Origin: a virus
DNA length: 64,000 nt
IMG/VR virus record: IMGVR_UViG_3300010885_027635
Coordinates: 1-64,000 of that record
Reading direction: 5' to 3' (one strand)
The notes beneath the pieces are model-generated. The model was given only the letters and a program-made list of their open reading frames with translations. It did no database searches and was not told where the DNA came from. Numbering within the stretch: position 1 is the first letter of the stretch; each line of letters opens with the position of its first letter. The position numbers were made by a program, and so were the translations under genes. Positions 26,482 through 36,582 of this stretch are shown piece after piece.

Positions 26482-27682
26482 TTAATTCAGCAAACTCTGG
26501 TTCAATTACTGCCAGACTTTCGCCACGCCGTTGATCTAACGTGGCAATTTGTTCGCGTAGTAGGTTACCGTCTAAGCTAGCACCGCGATTCATAAAATCT
26601 ATCACATGATCAAATTCTTGACGGGTTCTGGTGTCTACCTGTGCATTCAACAGTCGATCGGCTATGGCCAGCTTGGCCGATTCTGGCAAGGTAGCAATAC
26701 TAAAATAATAAGCATCATGCATCATGTTCCAGTAGACAAAATCAAATCCTTGTACGTTGATCCAGTCGGCCAGTTGTTCAAGGTAATACACATTAAACAC
26801 ATTGACGGTGGAACACACCTGCAATTGTATATTAGTATGTTGACTTCTTAGCAGTTTAAAGCGTTCAATATTGGCACACACTTCTGTCCATACAGCATTA
26901 CTACGTTGATATTCAAAACGTGCTCCAACATCATCAATGCTAAATGCTATTTCAACCAAGCGGAAATGACGCCAAATGTCAATGGCATGCTCTGGATATT
27001 GGGTGCCATTGGTATTGTAGTGTATTTCAATTTGTCCAGCACAACCTTGATCAACCAGGCGTTGTAGTAAATCAAAGTGTTCCTGGATCATAAATGGTTC
27101 ACCGCCGGTAAATTCAATATAACGAACCTGATCAACAATTTGATCCATTTCAGACCAAAACGTGGGATTTTCTCTGGGCCATGCACCAGCACGTAACATT
27201 TTATAATGATGATTTGTTTTACGATCGACCAACTGCTCATCGGTCAAGTTATCAAGTTCCTCAACAGCAAACGTACTTGAACTCCACGAACCGCATATAC
27301 GACATTTTAAATTACATATATTGCCCAACTTAAGATCTAAAAACATTAAAGGTTTAGCGTCTATGGTCCAGTCTTGCTCGGGCAACATGTGTTTGAGTCT
27401 ATCTAGTGTATGCATACGTTTACTGGTGCGACCAGCACGTTCTTCTCGCCAACACTTGCGGCAAGTCTGTGGCTGTTTACCATCCAAGAATTCTCTGCGT
27501 AGATCTCGCATGTACTGGCTATTTTGTATAGCAGGAAAGCTGGCATGATTCAAATCAAATTTGTCTCCAGCATTATCTGTAATTTCGTCATCGGCTAAAC
27601 AACAAGGACGTACAGTACCAATAGGACTAGTTTCTAAACTGACCCAGGGCAACACACAGAATTTATCACTAGGTAATTTCAT
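26459..27682 (-). CDS. radical SAM protein, N-terminal twitch-like domain
   Basis: CVLPW..PCC..CRKC; CNLKCRIC; TGGEP. Confidence 0.92.
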   Translation of the reverse strand: MKLPSDKFCVLPWVSLETSPIGTVRPCCLADDEITDNAGDKFDLNHASFPAIQNSQYMRDLRREFLDGKQPQTCRKCWREERAGRTSKRMHTLDRLKHMLPEQDWTIDAKPLMFLDLKLGNICNLKCRICGSWSSSTFAVEELDNLTDEQLVDRKTNHHYKMLRAGAWPRENPTFWSEMDQIVDQVRYIEFTGGEPFMIQEHFDLLQRLVDQGCAGQIEIHYNTNGTQYPEHAIDIWRHFRLVEIAFSIDDVGARFEYQRSNAVWTEVCANIERFKLLRSQHTNIQLQVCSTVNVFNVYYLEQLADWINVQGFDFVYWNMMHDAYYFSIATLPESAKLAIADRLLNAQVDTRTRQEFDHVIDFMNRGASLDGNLLREQIATLDQRRGESLAVIEPEFAELIEYHDHA

Positions 27683-28323
27683 TGATTAGATATCCATACT
27701 TTATTACTTTCAGCAAACCAACGTTGCCACACTTGCTCAACATAATCCATGTTGAGTTCTAGCTCAAGTTGTTGATTAATTTGTTCTATATTATCCAAGA
27801 ATTCTTGTTTTTTAAAAAAATCAGAAAATGGAATGGTTATCCATGGAATATCTACGTGGGTCTCACGAATACATTCTAGCTCTTGCTGATCTTTGTCCCA
27901 ATCTATTGTGTATTTTTTAGATTGTTGATTATCTAATAGAAATTTTTTATGTTCGTCGACAACTTGTATATTAATTATTGATTCAAAAAAGTTTTCTCCA
28001 AATAGCCCTTGTTCCTTAACATTTCTGTACTCAAATGGGTGCCATTTTTCAATAAACCATAATGGGCTAGTTTCATAGTTAACCCAATCAGTTATACCTA
28101 GTACATATCCGTACCGAGTCAGACGTTCATTGTCTTTCCATTTGGATCCATAGCCGCCCCATTGTAAATTCATAGACAATCTATCACTGGCAGAAAATTT
28201 GGTTTGATATTCTGTGGCGTCATTACCGCCGGTTCCTGCAATGGTCTTTTCGCTAAGAGTGAGTACTCGTTGCAAGAAAGAGCCCCCGGTTCCTGGCAAA
28301 TACAATATTAATGTTTTTAACAT
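27679..28323 (-). CDS. P-loop/sulfotransferase-like protein
   Basis: ILYLPGTGGSFLQRVL N-terminal loop. Confidence 0.4.
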   Translation of the reverse strand: MLKTLILYLPGTGGSFLQRVLTLSEKTIAGTGGNDATEYQTKFSASDRLSMNLQWGGYGSKWKDNERLTRYGYVLGITDWVNYETSPLWFIEKWHPFEYRNVKEQGLFGENFFESIINIQVVDEHKKFLLDNQQSKKYTIDWDKDQQELECIRETHVDIPWITIPFSDFFKKQEFLDNIEQINQQLELELNMDYVEQVWQRWFAESNKVWISNQ

Positions 28324-29573
28324 AGGGCCTCTAGTTCTGGAATTATATCTAATATATTTTCATTGCGTATAGAATCTAGTTCATTGGTCTTGCTCCAAAA
28401 CTTAGGAACAAGTGCAGAATTGTCTGTGGCCATTAAGAAGTTAACAGCACTTTCAAAACCCACAGTGGCACGATTAAGCGGATCCAACGGGCGTAACCAT
28501 TCCAGGTGTTCCTCGTAGGCCAAGCGAATACGTTGTTTGTACTTTATAGGTGCAATATCAATGCGGAAGTGTGCAGGGTCTTGCAAGATGTTTACGTTTA
28601 GGTCTTGTGGTTGAATCAACCCTTTGTCTACCCAGGTTCTATGGAATTGAGGCAGGTGTAGTGCGTTCATAATACTTAATGTAGGACTAATATAAAAGTC
28701 TACCTTAGGACATATAGTCATCATTTGTTCACGGTTTCGTTCTACTGTGTCCCAATCTGTACCTCGACGTATATACTCCGCACGTGGGCCCATGGCATCT
28801 AAACTGGCTCCTACGGCTACACTATCAAACTTACGCCAATAATCAAAAACCACACGGTCTTTAAGTTTGGTATGTGTAAAGTTAGTATTGTAAATTAAAC
28901 GCACATCAAAACGCCCGCGACGTTCTAGTTCATCTAGGATGTTGTAGTGTTCGGCCATCATTAGCGGCTCGCCACCAGCAAAGTATATTTGCTCCACATA
29001 GTCTAGGTGTGGAATCAGTTGTTCCCACATGTCTGTTTCGGTACGCCCAGCATAATTTAGGGCCACATTCTGTTCCTTCCATGTACCGCCGGCCAATTTA
29101 GCCTGATCTTGATACCAGCTTGAGCTAAAGATATGCCCACAACTTCGACAACTTAAATTACACAGGTTACTGAAGCGAATATCCCAATAGCTCATTTGAA
29201 ATTTATCATCGTCGATACGTTTGATATGATGCCCGTGATGTTTGTTGGCACTGCGACGGCCTGAAAAGAAACCCGACTCTTCTTGCTCGTAACAACGACC
29301 ACAGGCAGGATTAGGACGTTCGTTCAACATGTCCTCTCTTAGCCCACGCATGGGTGCATCACGATAAATTGCTTCTAGTGTTTTATGTCTAGTGTTACCC
29401 ACAGGGTAAGCCATTTCAGCATGACAGCAAGGATATGCTTCCCCGGTTGGGTATGCGTGTAGGTGTATCCAAGGGTAGATGCAGAATGTTTTAGAATCTC
29501 GTAACAAAAATTTTTCACGCTCTGTTAACTCTACCGGCCTGACTAAATCTGCTGAGTTATACTTGTATGTCAT
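28317..29573 (-). CDS. radical SAM protein, N-terminal twitch-like domain
   Basis: CIYPW..PCC..CGRC; CNLSCRSC; AGGEP. Confidence 0.92.
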   Translation of the reverse strand: MTYKYNSADLVRPVELTEREKFLLRDSKTFCIYPWIHLHAYPTGEAYPCCHAEMAYPVGNTRHKTLEAIYRDAPMRGLREDMLNERPNPACGRCYEQEESGFFSGRRSANKHHGHHIKRIDDDKFQMSYWDIRFSNLCNLSCRSCGHIFSSSWYQDQAKLAGGTWKEQNVALNYAGRTETDMWEQLIPHLDYVEQIYFAGGEPLMMAEHYNILDELERRGRFDVRLIYNTNFTHTKLKDRVVFDYWRKFDSVAVGASLDAMGPRAEYIRRGTDWDTVERNREQMMTICPKVDFYISPTLSIMNALHLPQFHRTWVDKGLIQPQDLNVNILQDPAHFRIDIAPIKYKQRIRLAYEEHLEWLRPLDPLNRATVGFESAVNFLMATDNSALVPKFWSKTNELDSIRNENILDIIPELEALC

Positions 29574-30894
29574 TGTACCAATCTTTTAATGCAGGAAATG
29601 TTTGAGCAAAATCTTTTCCACGACGCTGGTCATACTGTGTAAAAAACTGTTTAAAATCATTGTGCAACTTTGGCATGTCAAACGCATCTGAGTGCGGTGT
29701 TTTAACTATATCTAAGTAATCAATTAATCTTTGCATGTGGTTAACTTCGTGCTCGTGCAACAATGGGTTATCGGCATTGGTAGTCAGCCACTGCTCTAAC
29801 TTTTCCTTGTGACGAGCTCTAATATCATTGGGCAACACCAGCGGACTTTGAAAGCTAGGAAATCTAAGTATGTTTAAAGTAAAACTAACCTTTTCTCGTC
29901 CATGTATCATTTTAAACCATAATATCATGTCAAGGAATTCGGTCAGACTTTCCAAGCACAATGCATTAATAGTATTCATTATGTGTACCCCGCGAACACG
30001 GTCACTGGTTGCAATACGTTGTACATTGTTGACCCATTGACGATAGTTTAGCCCATCACGGATGTATTCTGCTTGTGCCCCTATACTTTCGTTGCTGGTA
30101 TAGATGTCTACTTCTAATCCTTCTATACTAGACAACAAGCGATCGATATCTACTTCTGCACCTAGGTTACTGTTGATGGCCAGTCTGGTTTTGCTTTTAC
30201 CTTGATTGTTTTTAAACCAATCTAACAGCTTCCAGGTCTCACCCGACATCAGCGGCTCACCGCCGGTGATTCTTAACTCTTGAAGAGTTTTATGTAGATC
30301 TGTTTCCCACCATTTAAAGAACGCTTCAACATAGGGATTAGTTTCACCAAACCGGTATAGTTGAGCCGTATCGTGAGCATGAGTAAAGTGGCCACGCCCA
30401 TCAGACACCAAGGACTCATAGGCTCCGTTGCGTTGTATGTCGCGAACCCATGTGCTACTGAAAGCAGGGTTACAATAGCTACAAGCAAATTGGCAAGTGC
30501 GGTCAAATGCAATTTCAAGTGTGCGAAGATTGACGTCTTCTTGATGTGGTTGTGTGTATGCTTCATTTAGGGCCTCTATAGGGTAAATTCGACTTTTGTA
30601 TACACGGTCTGAGATAGCATCTCGACCCATGTCTTCGATCTTCCAGCAGTATTCGCAACCCTTGGGACGGTTACCCATCTGCATGTTAAGTCGATCTATT
30701 TTCTTTTCTACTGTGTTGTGTATGGCACTGGGGCGGGTTCGAATTTCTTCCAGATCAATGGCATGTGCAGGTGGGTGATGGCAACTGGTTGTTTGTCCTG
30801 AGCCCAACCAGATGGTAGCATTATACCATTTGGCCGCACAAAAGCTAGAGCTCAGATTGTCTAAAATATTTTGTTTAAAATCTAAATCATTCAT
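29557..30894 (-). CDS. radical SAM protein (CxAKW/SCHHPP subtype)
   Basis: CAAKW..SCHHPP..CEYC; CQFACSYC; TGGEP. Confidence 0.92.
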   Translation of the reverse strand: MNDLDFKQNILDNLSSSFCAAKWYNATIWLGSGQTTSCHHPPAHAIDLEEIRTRPSAIHNTVEKKIDRLNMQMGNRPKGCEYCWKIEDMGRDAISDRVYKSRIYPIEALNEAYTQPHQEDVNLRTLEIAFDRTCQFACSYCNPAFSSTWVRDIQRNGAYESLVSDGRGHFTHAHDTAQLYRFGETNPYVEAFFKWWETDLHKTLQELRITGGEPLMSGETWKLLDWFKNNQGKSKTRLAINSNLGAEVDIDRLLSSIEGLEVDIYTSNESIGAQAEYIRDGLNYRQWVNNVQRIATSDRVRGVHIMNTINALCLESLTEFLDMILWFKMIHGREKVSFTLNILRFPSFQSPLVLPNDIRARHKEKLEQWLTTNADNPLLHEHEVNHMQRLIDYLDIVKTPHSDAFDMPKLHNDFKQFFTQYDQRRGKDFAQTFPALKDWYNDIQV

Positions 30895-31498
30895 GTTGCC
30901 ATCTTTCCACGTGTGTTCTTAGCTGTTCTAGTTTTTGATTATAAGAATCTAATTTAGGCATAGCGTCGTAACGAGACTTGGCCAAGTCTGGCAGGAGTTG
31001 TTCATAGCACAACTCAATGTCAAAAAAGCTCTGACAGTCTTTCCAATGTTGTTGATTACGCCAAAGAGCTTCGGCTGGGCCTATAATGTGCCTGAGTGGT
31101 ATGTCTATGCTTGGGTTTTTGATAACTGCGTCGGTGTTTTTTTCTTGGTGCCAAACATGGAGATATCTAGAAATACCAAAACTCAATGCTTGTGCTGTAA
31201 AATCTTCTCGATACAATCCAATGATAAAAGAATCATTGAACAACTGATCCCAGTGCTCTTCTGGTGGTAAATGGTCCGGCATAATTTTTACTATGGATTG
31301 TTTTTTGGATTCAAATTCACCTGTTCTAGCTGATGGGCAATAATGAAAGGCTTCATCTATAGATGGTAATCCAGTGAGCCGACTCAAAAGATCGCCCAGG
31401 GCTGTACTGCCAGTACGATAGTTAGCAATTATCACTATGTTCCACTCTGCTGGAACTTCAAAGCTATAGTTAGTAAGTGATATTTTAAAATCATTCAT
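30887..31498 (-). CDS. sulfotransferase-like (Stf0-type) protein
   Basis: IIANYRTGSTAL PAPS-binding-like loop; LYRED..AQALS. Confidence 0.55.
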   Translation of the reverse strand: MNDFKISLTNYSFEVPAEWNIVIIANYRTGSTALGDLLSRLTGLPSIDEAFHYCPSARTGEFESKKQSIVKIMPDHLPPEEHWDQLFNDSFIIGLYREDFTAQALSFGISRYLHVWHQEKNTDAVIKNPSIDIPLRHIIGPAEALWRNQQHWKDCQSFFDIELCYEQLLPDLAKSRYDAMPKLDSYNQKLEQLRTHVERWQHE

Positions 31499-32649
31499 TG
31501 ATATTTTTTGATAAATTGGCTAAAGCGTTCTGGAAATTCTTTGCGTAATTTGACACTGATTTCCGCGAGATGTTGCTGATTGTATTTACATATAGTATAA
31601 CACTCTTTGAGAAAACTTGCAAGGTCTTGTTGGCATAAGTCGTCAACTACTGTTATAATTCTGTTCATTCGATCTTGATCATTATCGATCTGATCAAAAC
31701 TTTCATCAATGATGCCATCAAATGTACGGAAACCCAAATTTCGTATGTCTTGATACCAGCCGCGACTAGCGGCACATATCCACGGATGACCCATTGCCAG
31801 TGGTTTGGCTATTTTTTCTGTTCTAAAGCTATAAGGGTAATCGTACACAGTTTCGGTTACTACGCTAAAGTAGGTATCAATATAAGTATCAGCATTGAGG
31901 TATATTTCACCCCATTGATTATCAAATAGGTCATTTTTTATAAAGGTACGGTTAGGCGGACCTGCCCAGGACCACTCCTTGGGATCTCGTTGATCGTTGC
32001 AATACCTGTTGACTTCATATCGAGTTGGCAAACTTTGTAAAGGCGTGTTTGTGGCCATGACATTGACCTCGCCTTCATAAAAATTAAAATTTCTAACCAC
32101 AGTAGGTCTACTGTCTAACATGGTCCATAATGATTCTTCAAGCAGGCCGCGACGTTTAAAATGTTCCCATAGATATTTTCTGTGCGGTCTAGCACGGCCA
32201 TTTAAAAATAAAAACTTATAGGGCTTGTCAGTTTTACTAAAAATCTCCTCTGTGCGTTTCATTTCGTCAATGTTTTCATCGTAGTCTAAGATTCTAATTA
32301 AAAAATGTTCATGCAACATATACGGATACGGAGCTTCTATGTCGCCTCCACTGATCAATAAAATTTTATTGTTTAACACTAGCTCTTCAAGTCCTAGCAC
32401 ACGTAGTTGGGCAATTAATGTGCTACTGCCCTCGGCACTGTTGCCAAACACCATAGTGTAATCGGGGTCTTCTGCCATGCGTTTAAACTTGTCTACATTT
32501 TCAACTACCTGTTGCCGGCCCAGCACATACACGCTATCAGGAACGGGTTCATGATCTCCGTAATGAACAAATGTTGCTGTAGCGTATGGCAATAATTCTT
32601 CATACACTTCACTCATTGTGTCAACAACTAGGTTACGATTGCCGAGCAT
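31495..32649 (-). CDS. GT10/GT-B-like protein (TEKIAKP motif)
   Basis: FLFLNGRARPHR; VVTET..RTEKIAKPLAMGHPW..GFRTF..DESFD; likely start MLGNRN. Confidence 0.55.
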   Translation of the reverse strand: MLGNRNLVVDTMSEVYEELLPYATATFVHYGDHEPVPDSVYVLGRQQVVENVDKFKRMAEDPDYTMVFGNSAEGSSTLIAQLRVLGLEELVLNNKILLISGGDIEAPYPYMLHEHFLIRILDYDENIDEMKRTEEIFSKTDKPYKFLFLNGRARPHRKYLWEHFKRRGLLEESLWTMLDSRPTVVRNFNFYEGEVNVMATNTPLQSLPTRYEVNRYCNDQRDPKEWSWAGPPNRTFIKNDLFDNQWGEIYLNADTYIDTYFSVVTETVYDYPYSFRTEKIAKPLAMGHPWICAASRGWYQDIRNLGFRTFDGIIDESFDQIDNDQDRMNRIITVVDDLCQQDLASFLKECYTICKYNQQHLAEISVKLRKEFPERFSQFIKKYQ

Positions 32650-34048
32650 GGTATTCACATTCTGCCCACCAGGCACTCATTTCAGGAAATGTCTTTAAAA
32701 ATTCTGTGCCATGTCTACGATCTGCTTCGCTGAAGAAACGGAAGAAATCAGCTTTGTTACAATTAAGATATTCTGCATCTAACTTTTGGCCGTCACGCAT
32801 CCAAGCAATGTCGCGATCCAGTCTGGCTATTTCGTAATCTTTGAATCCTTGGAAGCGTGTGTCTTCTGTTTCAATTTGACGTAACATCCAGGCCCACAGG
32901 TATTCTAGTTGTTCTGCATAGCTTTCCGGTAACAATTGCAGGCTTTGCCAAGTAGGAGTCCTGAGTACAGGAGTATCAAACCACACACGTTGATATGTTG
33001 TACTGTAGATTTTTCTAAGACCCAGTATGCCTGCAAACAGAGCAGGCAAGCCCGTAACACTGAGATTGTTCATGGTCACAATAAAAGTAATACTATTACG
33101 TCCGGGTATTTCTGTTAGGAATTGATTGACTCTATCCCACAGCAAGTCCATATCAAGCCCGTGTCTGATGTATTCAGCCTGCTCGTCCCACGAATCCAAA
33201 CTAACATACTGCATGAAGTGTTCAATTTTTTCACCTGCACACAGCTCTTTAACATAGACCAAATATTTTTGCCATGACTTTTCATCTACACTGAAGTTAC
33301 TTGTTACATTAAGATGTAAATTGGGTTTGGGATTGGCCAGCACATAGTCAAACACACGATAGGTATTTTTGTCCAACAAGGGCTCACCCCCAGTCATGCG
33401 GAAGTGTTCTAGTTCTGGATATAGTTGAGGCCACCAAGACCAGAACGCATCTACATAAGGATTGTCTTCTCTTACAGGAATTGGCCTGCGATTACCAGTG
33501 AAGTAACCAGGATCGTTGTGTTGAGTGCTAGTAGGGTAAGCGCCAAACTGATCCACTTCTTGTTGCCAGCTTGAACTAAATTGAGGACTACAGTAACTAC
33601 ATTTAAGATTGCAAGCATGATTAAAATTAACTTCCACATAACTAGGTACAACATCTTCATCTCCTGTTGAATTTACTACAACATCAAAGTCTTTGGCGGC
33701 CCAGGACTCACCTGACCGATAGTGTCTATCACTTAACTTGCCGTTATCTTCCATGGCCCAACAATAACTGCATTCGCCAGGGCGTTCCTGTTTAAGCATA
33801 ATCTTACGTTGTTCTTTCTTGTACGGAGTATTATGCAGGGCACCGGGGTTATCTTTCAATAAGTCTGCAGGAATAGCATGTAGTGGCGGATGATAGCAAC
33901 TGTTGTTAAGCCCTGTAGGCAAGTGTAGACTTACTTGCTTCCATTTGGCCAAGCAGAGTGCCGGACCTAGTTTGTCTTTCATTTGTTCTGCATTACTAAG
34001 AAATACAGATTTAAAATCGTTGTTGACTTCGTCGCCTTTATTGTTCAC
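32633..34048 (-). CDS. radical SAM protein (CxAKW/SCYHPP subtype)
   Basis: CLAKW..SCYHPP..CSYC; CNLKCSYC; TGGEP. Confidence 0.92.
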   Translation of the reverse strand: MNNKGDEVNNDFKSVFLSNAEQMKDKLGPALCLAKWKQVSLHLPTGLNNSCYHPPLHAIPADLLKDNPGALHNTPYKKEQRKIMLKQERPGECSYCWAMEDNGKLSDRHYRSGESWAAKDFDVVVNSTGDEDVVPSYVEVNFNHACNLKCSYCSPQFSSSWQQEVDQFGAYPTSTQHNDPGYFTGNRRPIPVREDNPYVDAFWSWWPQLYPELEHFRMTGGEPLLDKNTYRVFDYVLANPKPNLHLNVTSNFSVDEKSWQKYLVYVKELCAGEKIEHFMQYVSLDSWDEQAEYIRHGLDMDLLWDRVNQFLTEIPGRNSITFIVTMNNLSVTGLPALFAGILGLRKIYSTTYQRVWFDTPVLRTPTWQSLQLLPESYAEQLEYLWAWMLRQIETEDTRFQGFKDYEIARLDRDIAWMRDGQKLDAEYLNCNKADFFRFFSEADRRHGTEFLKTFPEMSAWWAECEYHARQS

Positions 34049-35031
34049 GTCTGAAATATCCGGTTGAAGTCATTGGCCTTTAAGCCTTTAAGTAAATTAC
34101 GATTATGCTCTAGTTTGGGTAGCATGTTGGTGTACATATCTTCTAGCTCTTTATTTGTGCGTTGGGCCAGTGTTTGTACTATTGCTATTATAGCACGAAC
34201 TTGACAATCTGGAGGATCTTCTGAGTAACCTTCGTCCCAGAATTCATCAAATGTTTCAAATCCCAAACGTCGTAAATTGCGTATTAGATTCTGCGGGCCT
34301 TGTACAATAAACGGTGTACGCATCAGCATGGGTCTCCAGATCTTTTCGTCTACATAAAAAGTTTGTCCAGAATAAAAACTAAGATTAACCAGTTCTACAA
34401 AGAATTGAGGATAGTAGTCTATTATACCCAAATTGGCCGGAACACTGATGGTGTCTTGACAGGCCGCTAAATCCAATGTCAACGGTCCTGCTGACAAAAG
34501 ATTGTAGGCTCGATCAATTTCTACTGCCGTAGCACCATTGGCCATAAAAGTTTCAAGTCCTATATGCTCTTGATGGTATGGCTCAGTCACACAACAATGA
34601 TAGCTTTGTAATGTTTGATGAACGTGTTCTGCATACAAGTAACTGGCCAGGTGTAATCTATGCTGATTGCTGTGTCCTATAAAGTGCCCAAAATGACAAA
34701 TGTTATCGAACTGTTTAGCTGTGGACAAATCTGTTTTAAAAAGATCTTGTGTGGCTTGTAATTCATACGCTTGGTGCACATGCCGAATTTGATATTCTGC
34801 GTGTTGTTCCAAGAAGTTTGCTGTTTCTATTTCAATTGCTTGGCGGGGCCACGACTGTGCCGAGCATATACGGTCTAGTAAATCATACAAACCCACGTGT
34901 TCAGCACAAGGACCTTCTCCATTTAGGCTAATCCTGACAGGTTGCTCGCATCGAAGCATAGCGGATATAATGTCTATGGCCGCCTGATCTTTGTTCCAAA
35001 TTTTACCATCTATAGTGATTATTTTTATCAT
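34045..35031 (-). CDS. GT10/GT-B-like protein (DEKIWRP motif)
   Basis: VDEKIWRPMLMRTPFIVQG..LGFETF..WDEGY; likely start MIKIITID 35031. Confidence 0.55.
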   Translation of the reverse strand: MIKIITIDGKIWNKDQAAIDIISAMLRCEQPVRISLNGEGPCAEHVGLYDLLDRICSAQSWPRQAIEIETANFLEQHAEYQIRHVHQAYELQATQDLFKTDLSTAKQFDNICHFGHFIGHSNQHRLHLASYLYAEHVHQTLQSYHCCVTEPYHQEHIGLETFMANGATAVEIDRAYNLLSAGPLTLDLAACQDTISVPANLGIIDYYPQFFVELVNLSFYSGQTFYVDEKIWRPMLMRTPFIVQGPQNLIRNLRRLGFETFDEFWDEGYSEDPPDCQVRAIIAIVQTLAQRTNKELEDMYTNMLPKLEHNRNLLKGLKANDFNRIFQT

Positions 35032-35043
35032 GAAATGTGCAAG

Positions 35044-35065
35044 TAAATATTTATAACTGTAAATA
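35044..35065. promoter_or_regulatory. divergent late-promoter-like motifs
   Basis: TATAAATA on minus (35048-35055) and TAAATA on plus (35044, 35060) in a 38-nt gap. Confidence 0.5.
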
Positions 35066-35069
35066 CTAC

Positions 35070-35663
35070 ATGTTTGAAATAGTTCAAGATTTTGAAAAAG
35101 CCATTGCTGAGTTTTATGGAGCACCTTACGCGGTAGCTACAGACTGCTGTACCCATGCCATTGAGCTGAGTTTACGATATCAAAACATAAAATCTGCTAC
35201 ATGCCCTAGCCAAACATATCTATCAATTCCATTTACCCTAATGAAATTGAATTTAGAATGGAGTTTTGTTGATCAGCCCTGGCAAGATTATTATTATTTG
35301 GGTGGTACCAACATTGTTGATGCAGCAGTATACTGGAAAAAAGACGGCTATATTCCGAGAAGCTATATGTGTTTAAGTTTTCAATTTCGCAAACATTTAA
35401 ATTTAATCAGAGGTGGTGCAATACTGTTAGATGATCCTGTAGCCGCTGCTCAATTGCGTCGAATGACCACCGATGGTAGGGACGTCAGCCGACTGTGGAA
35501 AGAGCAAGATATTGACACTGTTGGTTATCATTACTACATGCCTATTGAAACTGCAAAATTAGGATTGGCAAAGTTGCCAGGTGCTATTGCTCAACCAGCC
35601 AGACAGTGGACCAGTGACGAGTATCCCAGATTACCCACATTAACGGTGTTTAAGAATGTCTAA
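35070..35663 (+). CDS. miniature DegT-family aminotransferase-like protein
   Basis: FEKAIAEFYGAPYAVATDCCTHAIEL, DAA, SFQFRKHL..GGAIL; only 197 aa. Confidence 0.75.
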   Translation: MFEIVQDFEKAIAEFYGAPYAVATDCCTHAIELSLRYQNIKSATCPSQTYLSIPFTLMKLNLEWSFVDQPWQDYYYLGGTNIVDAAVYWKKDGYIPRSYMCLSFQFRKHLNLIRGGAILLDDPVAAAQLRRMTTDGRDVSRLWKEQDIDTVGYHYYMPIETAKLGLAKLPGAIAQPARQWTSDEYPRLPTLTVFKNV

Positions 35664-36582
35664 AATATTTAATTCAAAATATCCCATACTTGAAGCTTGT
35701 ATGAACAAAGGTTCCAGTTTAGAGTTGGCTGTTGCTGTGCACCAAGCTGGTGGATATCCTAGTTTTTGTAGCTGGACTTATAATCGTCGCTTTGATCTTA
35801 TGCAAAAAGAAATAGATCAATTTGTTGCTACAACAGGATCAAACTGCGTACATCTTAGCTTTGAGCTGGACGAATTACCAAATTTTGATATTTGCCATCG
35901 CATAGTAAAATCACATGACATTCCCACCATTGAAATTATTTACGGTGCCAGCGATTCTTATCGTGGGATCAAAAGTCGTTATACTGATATTGATCAAGCT
36001 GTACAAGACTGGGTAGGCCCTTTACACGAACACGGTACTCGAGTATTTAAAAGATTATACGAGCCCATCGATGCTGATACCATGAAGAAAAATTTTATTG
36101 ACGGCTTCTGTATCAAAGGCTTAGAATCTGCAGGGTTTGGTGGATATACTCCGGTCCGAGATTTATTTTTAAAACAAAAAGAACTCACTCCAACTGCTAT
36201 GCTGATTCCGTATGGTGGAGTCAGTACCAGTGCCCAAGTTAAAGATTATATAGACCTAGGTGCAGAAATAATAGCAGTTGGTACGGTACTAGCGTTGAGT
36301 GCAGAAAGTACAATTAAATTAGAAACCAAGCTGGCAGCAATCAAAGCCACTAGTAAAGACCTGGTTGAGTTTAAACACAACACCAGAAAACAAACTGCCT
36401 TGGAGTTCGAGCCATACACTGGACACGACGACTATAATCGTACCAAAGGATTGGTCAACGGTATGTGGAAAAAGAACAGCAACCAAGGGCATGTGTATTT
36501 TGGACACGGAATTGACCATGTCACTGAACTACTCACTTGTCAACAGATTATTCAAAATCTAACTGCGGATCTGTCGAGCTAA
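35656..36582 (+). CDS. nitronate monooxygenase/FabK-like FMN TIM-barrel protein
   Basis: PILEACM..LAVAVHQAGG, GLESAG, PYGGV..LGAEIIAVGT...ES. Confidence 0.7.
   Translation: MSKIFNSKYPILEACMNKGSSLELAVAVHQAGGYPSFCSWTYNRRFDLMQKEIDQFVATTGSNCVHLSFELDELPNFDICHRIVKSHDIPTIEIIYGASDSYRGIKSRYTDIDQAVQDWVGPLHEHGTRVFKRLYEPIDADTMKKNFIDGFCIKGLESAGFGGYTPVRDLFLKQKELTPTAMLIPYGGVSTSAQVKDYIDLGAEIIAVGTVLALSAESTIKLETKLAAIKATSKDLVEFKHNTRKQTALEFEPYTGHDDYNRTKGLVNGMWKKNSNQGHVYFGHGIDHVTELLTCQQIIQNLTADLSS

Noticed and set aside
20314-31498. Saxitoxin-type toxin pathway (amidinotransferase + carbamoyltransferase + sulfotransferases)
   Set aside because: There is no SxtA-like PKS/AONS, Rieske oxygenase or cyclase; the abundance of GTs and NDP-sugar enzymes favours glycan tailoring.
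12847-35124. ORF-track starts at 12687, 12847, 14197, 15116, 24006, 32676, 35037 and 35124
   Set aside because: Downstream ATGs fit SD or coupling positions and family N-termini better; adjusted coordinates are given in the features.
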